DNA of 64,000 nucleotides from a virus. Its lineage: Duplodnaviria > Caudoviricetes. Location: IMG/VR virus record IMGVR_UViG_3300032030_000007, positions 96,001 to 160,000 of that record. One strand, written 5' to 3'. The notes below the pieces were generated by a model. It saw nothing but the letters and a program-made list of their open reading frames with translations. It was not told the DNA's origin and searched no databases. Of the stretch, positions 58,234 through 64,000 are shown piece by piece (position 1 is the stretch's first letter; each line of letters opens with the position of its first letter). The translations under genes were made by a program, and so were the position numbers.

Positions 58234-59582
58234 ACTGCTTGTATTTCAGATATACTATTTACAATCAATTCCGGTTTACCTATGAATTCTTTTAACGTCT
58301 TGCAATCTGTATATGACATTGCAGACCTTAAATAAGATATCATATTCTCAACCCATCCTGCTAATGTATATTTCACCGGCAACCATTTTGTAATTCCTTC
58401 GGCTGTTTTTGTCTTTTCACCAGATATAGATTTCTGACCATCTGCAGAAGCCATTCCAAAAAATTTAACATCTATCTGACCAATCATTTTTTGTTCTTTC
58501 AATTCGTTTAATTTATTATCATATTCAAGAACAGCTAATTTATATTCAGAACTATCTTTTGTGTATTTACCATTTTTAACATTATCTTCAGCATCCATTA
58601 ATTTCCATTTCCAAGGCTTTATATTATTATTTATAAAGTCATCGGTATAATATCCTTTAACATATCCTTTCGTATCAACACTGAAATCTTTATATTGTTC
58701 AATTGTAAATCTTAATGGAAGTTTTGTGTTTAATGGTTTTATTGTCTTTTCACCAGCAGATTCAATACATTGTGCAAATAAACTACCTATCATTACATAA
58801 TCTGCTCCTAATGCCAATGCTTTAATAACATGATCATAATTTCGTATTCCACCATCAGCTACTATCTTAGGAAAATCTTCAGAATTAAAAATTGGTTTAT
58901 GATAACTAGGATGTGTATCATCTGTTTCGTTTAAAAGTTTATCTTTAATTTGCTTACATTCATTAATTAATGATGCTTGTGGATAATGGGCAGATGTATT
59001 ACTGGTAGTTATACAGCCATGACCACCTCCGATGCCAACACGAATATAATCTACAGCTAAACCAGATTTTCCATTTTTTATGTTCTTATATCTAGCATTT
59101 CTACAAATCCATTCATATGTTTTAGGATTAGCAATATTACCTGTCATAATAGTTAATACATATTCATATTCTATAGCTAGTTCTTTTGCATGAATACATT
59201 TTTCATATAATGACCTCATATGACCATTTGCAATATCAACTACTACAAAATAATGAGTTCTAAAATCTCCTTTTCTATCAATTGCATATTTAATAAACAA
59301 CTCTTCAAATTCCTTTAAGGATAATGCAACCCAAGTCTGTTCATTCATAAATTTCTTACGGGTTTCAAAATCAATATTACGTGGCAATATTGGTATTATA
59401 CCATTATCTAAAAATGTATCTAAATTATTATCGCTAACTACACTTGCCATAGGAGAAGCAAATATAGGTAGAAAATTATCTTTAACAAATGGGTTACATT
59501 CTGTTCTTGATGTAACTCTTGAAATAATTGACGGAACGATTGTTATATCGTTATATGAATAACCAATTTTTGATAATAACAT
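58224..59582 (-). CDS. IMP dehydrogenase/GMP reductase family protein (no CBS domains)
   Basis: SYNDITIVP, ASPM, VDIANGH, GNIA, VGIGGGHGCIT (catalytic Cys), ADGGI, ALALGADYVMIG, FFGMAS, LRSAMSY. Confidence 0.9.
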   Translation of the reverse strand: MLLSKIGYSYNDITIVPSIISRVTSRTECNPFVKDNFLPIFASPMASVVSDNNLDTFLDNGIIPILPRNIDFETRKKFMNEQTWVALSLKEFEELFIKYAIDRKGDFRTHYFVVVDIANGHMRSLYEKCIHAKELAIEYEYVLTIMTGNIANPKTYEWICRNARYKNIKNGKSGLAVDYIRVGIGGGHGCITTSNTSAHYPQASLINECKQIKDKLLNETDDTHPSYHKPIFNSEDFPKIVADGGIRNYDHVIKALALGADYVMIGSLFAQCIESAGEKTIKPLNTKLPLRFTIEQYKDFSVDTKGYVKGYYTDDFINNNIKPWKWKLMDAEDNVKNGKYTKDSSEYKLAVLEYDNKLNELKEQKMIGQIDVKFFGMASADGQKSISGEKTKTAEGITKWLPVKYTLAGWVENMISYLRSAMSYTDCKTLKEFIGKPELIVNSISEIQAVNR

Positions 59583-59698
59583 ACTTATTTAATTTAATTA
59601 ATATTCAAAATCATCTTCGTAATCGGGCTGCATTGGTGGATTAGCTCTATGAATTTCATATATTCATAAAGCCAATCCAACAATAAAAAGCCCACCTA

Positions 59699-60994
59699 TT
59701 AATGTTCGTATTTAATTTCTGTTTGCTTAATGTTATCAAAGAATCTTACTGTTTTCTTTTCATCTAAATCATTATCTCTATCAAATGCTCTTAATGCTTC
59801 AGATACAATCCAATAAGCAGTACGAACTGGAACATTCTGACCAATCTTTGGATATTCTCTCAAAAGATCACCTTGCAATTCATAATCAAATGGATGACCC
59901 ATAAGATGTAAGCATTCACGAACAGAAAGTAATCTATCTTCATGTGGGTGCAATACTGATTGCATCATCTTAAACATAACAGCAGGTAACTTACCATCAC
60001 GAGGAATATATGGAAGTGCATGATAGAATCCCATGTTCATTGATACCTTAAGCTTAACATGATTAAAGAACTTAGTCATTGTCTCCTTCTGTTTATCTGA
60101 AGCTGAACTCTTATTATTGATATAATCCATTACTTCATCAAATAACTTATGATTAATAATGTAATCAAAAATATTTGTTATGCAATTTCTCCAGTCTTTG
60201 CCAAACTTATCTTTAAGATATTCAATACAGAATAAGTTAACACAATTTACAATATTTATATCTAATGCTACTTGCTGTGTTGCATCTTTTGGTATACGAC
60301 TAAAGTATTCATCATAATCTGTTTCTATACGTTCAAATTCCATCTTAGGAGCATAATCCTTTTTAAAGAATATAATGAATGTACGTTTACGTTTCTGGCA
60401 ATTATCATGATATTGTGTATCAGTTCTATAATAAACAATTGAATAACCTGTTTCTTTTGCAAGGTTCTCTAAGTTAACTCTAATACTATCTCCGCGTGAC
60501 CCCATAAAAGTTGGAGCATTTTCAAAGATATAAATATTTGGCTTAATAACATTCAATGCATATTTAGATATCCAAACCATATTACAGTTTCTTGCATCCT
60601 TTGCTTCTTGTGAACCTCTTGTTGCAGTAGATAATCCTGAACATACTGGAACTGCTACGCATAAATCCATATTTGAATAATCCAATTCTTTATCAGGATT
60701 TAATGTCCAAACGTCATGATTCATAATTTCAGGATTCATATCATTATCATTCTGAAATGGCTTACGATTCAAAACTTTATATTCAGGACGACGATTGACT
60801 TTATTTAAATAAGTCATAAGATGATATTCATTACCACCACCTACTAATGTGTCTGTCTTTTTATTATAAATAGGATCACCAAATCCTGGGTATGTCAATA
60901 TGAATTCAGCTTTGCAACCAACTGCTTTTTCTGTACCTAAATACATTCCACCAGTCAACGGCTGAATTGCACACCATTTAATATTTTTCTTCAT
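59699..60994 (-). CDS. divergent DNA (cytosine-5)-methyltransferase-like protein
   Basis: Motif I-like QPLTGG, motif IV PVCSGLS, VI FENAP, VIII QKRKRTF, IX RLLSVRECLHLMGHP, X IGQNVP. Confidence 0.8.
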   Translation of the reverse strand: MKKNIKWCAIQPLTGGMYLGTEKAVGCKAEFILTYPGFGDPIYNKKTDTLVGGGNEYHLMTYLNKVNRRPEYKVLNRKPFQNDNDMNPEIMNHDVWTLNPDKELDYSNMDLCVAVPVCSGLSTATRGSQEAKDARNCNMVWISKYALNVIKPNIYIFENAPTFMGSRGDSIRVNLENLAKETGYSIVYYRTDTQYHDNCQKRKRTFIIFFKKDYAPKMEFERIETDYDEYFSRIPKDATQQVALDINIVNCVNLFCIEYLKDKFGKDWRNCITNIFDYIINHKLFDEVMDYINNKSSASDKQKETMTKFFNHVKLKVSMNMGFYHALPYIPRDGKLPAVMFKMMQSVLHPHEDRLLSVRECLHLMGHPFDYELQGDLLREYPKIGQNVPVRTAYWIVSEALRAFDRDNDLDEKKTVRFFDNIKQTEIKYEH

Positions 60995-61095
60995 ATGTAT
61001 TTGTATATATTTAGATTTTTATAATAAAATAGTATAAATGTAAAAAATATTAAATGTAAAAATATTTATATATATTTGAAAATTTTAAAAAAGAC

Positions 61096-61181
61096 ATTTA
61101 GAAGCCGTCTAAGATCATGAAATATTAATTTTATAAAACTATATTATAAAAATATTCAATGATTCTAGACGGCTTCTAAAT
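61096..61181. repeat. long intergenic inverted repeat
   Basis: 16-bp perfect arms atttagaagccgtcta / tagacggcttctaaat, extended inward by imperfect pairing. Confidence 0.75.
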
Positions 61182-61206
61182 AGCTAGTCGATGTAAATTT
61201 AATTTA

Positions 61207-61866
61207 TTACTCTGGTTTAATTAATTCAATATGCTGTTCTTTATTATATTCATCTAAATTTATAAATTCAAAGTCAAAATTAGAATATTTGAATTCTATC
61301 TTAAATGATCCTGCTTGAGCAACAGGTTGAGTATAATCGAATGATAGCATATCCATAGAATTAATTAATGGATGATAAATCATTATTCTTGAATAAACAG
61401 ACCCAATTTCATTAAGTATATCAATTGCGAAATAATCATGAATATCTGATGTTTTCGTATCTCTTGAAAATAAATACCAGAAATTTTCAAAAAGCATAAA
61501 ATAATTTAAATAACCTAATGTATGTCTGAATTCAACATTTAACGTCCTATCAGTTAATGCTATTGGAGAAACTTCTGAACGATAATTATAATCTGTTGAT
61601 GGAAACATAAATTCGTTTTCTTTCTGCCTGTTTTGATTAAATACAGGTTTATCTCCACGAGATGATTGCTGTTGCTGTATAGTTCCATTTGTGAATCCTA
61701 ATACTTCTACACGTTGTATAGATTCATTAATGAAATCTAATGGAGTAAGAAAATAACTATGTTTTTCTTTAAGTATCTTAGAATATTTCTCTTCAATTTC
61801 ATCAACTAAAAAATGTTTAGGAAACAATAATCTAAACGAATCGTGTCTACCTTTTAATGCTAACAT
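61207..61866 (-). CDS. putative tail tube/baseplate tube-fold protein
   Basis: Size and the C-terminal LSFDY...FKIEFKYSNF pattern resemble the gp19/gp54 fold. Confidence 0.5.
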   Translation of the reverse strand: MLALKGRHDSFRLLFPKHFLVDEIEEKYSKILKEKHSYFLTPLDFINESIQRVEVLGFTNGTIQQQQSSRGDKPVFNQNRQKENEFMFPSTDYNYRSEVSPIALTDRTLNVEFRHTLGYLNYFMLFENFWYLFSRDTKTSDIHDYFAIDILNEIGSVYSRIMIYHPLINSMDMLSFDYTQPVAQAGSFKIEFKYSNFDFEFINLDEYNKEQHIELIKPE

Positions 61867-62068
61867 TTACTATATAACAATTGTTTTTATTATTTTAATT
61901 CTATTCAAAGGAATTTTTTCATTTTTACCAGTAACATTATTATGTTTAATAATATCTTTATCTGTTTTCATAATAGTTTCTACTTCATCCTTTGTTAATG
62001 GCCTATTATTTATTTTTGAATCATTATAATATAAATTAAAACATTTCATAATTAATCAATTAATAATT

Positions 62069-64000
62069 TTATCCAGTCCATCCTTTCATATGATCACGCA
62101 TCATTTGGTTAAATTCTTCAGCAGTAAGAGGTTTTTCAAAATATGATTCGTTTTTAGTTGGTTTAGAAATATTACTTACATCATTCTTATCTTTATTATT
62201 TACTGGAGTTTCTTCTGGAGACTCTAATTCAGGTGTGCTTCCTTCAGATGAACCACTTCCACTTTCAGTACCACCACTCGTTGAACCGACTGAAGGTTTT
62301 CCTAATTGTGATTCTTCAAGCTTACCAACTTTAACAATCATATTCTGTTTCATTATTTCCTTAACTTTATGAACAGATTCTTCAATAAGTTTCTTACGTC
62401 TATTTTGTAATTCATGAGCATTCTTAATAACTCTTTCAGCATGATTCAATTGATTAACCAATTCTAATAATACCATTGTAACTTTATTAGCCAATACATC
62501 AACTAAATCATCCATATTACCAAGTTTACTTGCCAACTTATTTAATGATTCTGTTAAGCTATTCATTGATGAAAGTTTATTGATATCTAATGAATTAATA
62601 GCTTCAACAAAACTTTTAACATCAGCTACATATTCTTTAAATGCAGCAATGTTTTCTATTTTTGATGTTGTAGAATATAATTTAATAATTCCTTTTTCAA
62701 GTAAATCAAGATATGTTACAGAATCAGAATCAAAATCATTTACACATTTAACTAATGTATCTAATATATCTGTATATGAACTAAATAAATCAAACAGATC
62801 ATCTTTATTTTCTACTTTAACTTCATTTACTGCTTTATCAATTAAACTAATTACACCAAATAAGTTTTGAAGTTTAGATCCAAATGAAGCATCATATATA
62901 ATTGCAAGATTTTCATTATTCTTTATTATGATTTCTCCAATTGATGATATCTTATTAATTACACCAACAACAGCTTCAACGAGTTTTCCAATATTTTCTG
63001 TAGCTTTAGTGACATCTTCCATGTTTTCATTTATATAATCACCAACAGATTGTGTACCACAAAATAATGATTTTGTCCAACCCCATAATCCTTTTCTTGC
63101 TTCACCTTTAGGAGCCATGAATAATCTCATGATTGCTAATGTATCACCAAGTAATCCTGCTATTTTTTCTTTAACGCTTTCTAAATTGATTTCTTCCAAA
63201 TTCAAATCTTTAAACTTGGTCATAATATCAACCATTTTATCAATAGCATTAGCCATTCCTTCCATAGCTTTAGCTGCAACTATAGCAGGAGAATCAGTTA
63301 TCATACCATCACTGAATATATCTTTATTAGCAGGATCTTTAACGACATCTGTTATAGATTCACCTAAAGCAGTAAGAACAGCTTTAATCTTTTCTTTTGC
63401 AGATACAATATCACCATCCCCTACAATATTATAATCAACAATTTTTCCTTCTTTATCATATATTGGAAATCTTCCTGATGCATAACAACTAACTGCTTGT
63501 GCAGTAGTACTTAATACATCACCCATTAATTTCATTGCTTTAGCAGCATTAACTGCTGGTGAATCTGTAAAAATACCTTCGCCAAATAAATCTGGACGAT
63601 CTTTAGTAACTTCAACTATAGCATTACCTATTGCGACTAATACATCTTTAATATTCTTTGCAGCTTTTGTAAAATCACCATCTCCTAAAGCCATGTATTC
63701 AATAGGATTACCATCTTTATCATATTTAGATACAATTTTAAGATCTGCCCATTCCTTAATTCCTTGTGCTATTGAAGTAAGCATTGGACCAGTGTATTTC
63801 ATTGCTTTAACAACTCTTGCAAATGGTGTATCTAATAATCCTAATCCAGTTGGATCATCAAATATTCCTTTTCCTTGTGCAGCATCATATGTTTCAACAA
63901 TAGCTGTACCTAATGCAAGTAACACAGCTTTAATATTATTTGCAGCTTGTGTAAAATCACTTGAACCTAATGAAAGATATGCTGTTGGATTTCCTTTTGA
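62069..64000 (-). CDS. large repeat-containing protein, 5'-truncated (tape-measure-like)
   Basis: The frame stays open to the window edge; about 80-aa repeats (YDKxG...GxxDFxxAAxNIKxVLxAxGxAI...FxxGxxxDSPA) in an Ala-rich helical protein. Confidence 0.6.
   Translation of the reverse strand, partial: SKGNPTAYLSLGSSDFTQAANNIKAVLLALGTAIVETYDAAQGKGIFDDPTGLGLLDTPFARVVKAMKYTGPMLTSIAQGIKEWADLKIVSKYDKDGNPIEYMALGDGDFTKAAKNIKDVLVAIGNAIVEVTKDRPDLFGEGIFTDSPAVNAAKAMKLMGDVLSTTAQAVSCYASGRFPIYDKEGKIVDYNIVGDGDIVSAKEKIKAVLTALGESITDVVKDPANKDIFSDGMITDSPAIVAAKAMEGMANAIDKMVDIMTKFKDLNLEEINLESVKEKIAGLLGDTLAIMRLFMAPKGEARKGLWGWTKSLFCGTQSVGDYINENMEDVTKATENIGKLVEAVVGVINKISSIGEIIIKNNENLAIIYDASFGSKLQNLFGVISLIDKAVNEVKVENKDDLFDLFSSYTDILDTLVKCVNDFDSDSVTYLDLLEKGIIKLYSTTSKIENIAAFKEYVADVKSFVEAINSLDINKLSSMNSLTESLNKLASKLGNMDDLVDVLANKVTMVLLELVNQLNHAERVIKNAHELQNRRKKLIEESVHKVKEIMKQNMIVKVGKLEESQLGKPSVGSTSGGTESGSGSSEGSTPELESPEETPVNNKDKNDVSNISKPTKNESYFEKPLTAEEFNQMMRDHMKGWTG

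Noticed and set aside
59598-59698. Remnant of a small membrane-peptide gene (IGGLFIVGLAL*IYEIHRANPP...)
   Set aside because: It has no start codon and an internal TGA, and is too short to support
200-63434. Short antisense or alternate-frame ORFs in the track (e.g. 200..430, 1375..1731, 15889..16206, 34451..34777, 63117..63434)
   Set aside because: They lie within longer motif-bearing genes and have shadow-like composition
1-64000. Alternative genetic code (TAG=Gln)
   Set aside because: Long structural genes (705, 561 and 1017 aa) are intact under code 11 and no gene is seen broken by an in-frame TAG

Overview
A very AT-rich segment of a large T4-like/jumbo myovirus genome. A Bacteroidota host is inferred from the absence of Shine-Dalgarno motifs, (T)TTG-N19-TAnnTTT-like promoters and BspA/DUF285/DUF4353-type proteins. 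The standard genetic code fits. Minus-strand operons carry DNA/nucleotide metabolism genes and long arrays of small hypothetical ORFs behind a conserved TTGAAW-N16-TATATT promoter. Plus-strand genes are virion-related: gp25- and gp6-like baseplate proteins, LRR/lectin adhesins, and many proteins with a T4-IP-like N-terminal capsid-targeting motif. Main candidates for novelty: (1) a split DNA-hypermodification system (2.1-7.2 kb and 11.1-15.6 kb) combining a T4 gp42-like dCMP hydroxymethylase and a dNMP kinase with its own NDP-sugar pathway (kinase, HAD, two nucleotidyltransferase-like proteins, SDR epimerase) and three DNA glycosyltransferases, predicting hmC carrying a non-glucose and possibly multi-sugar glycan; (2) a 117-nt tRNA-like RNA with no anticodon arm and two T-loops, leading an operon that contains an RNA ligase and lying near rtcB; (3) a family of putatively capsid-packaged enzymes and membrane peptides; (4) a second candidate structured ncRNA at about 9.3-9.6 kb. 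All family assignments come from motif recognition by eye and recall of reference proteins; no searches were run.
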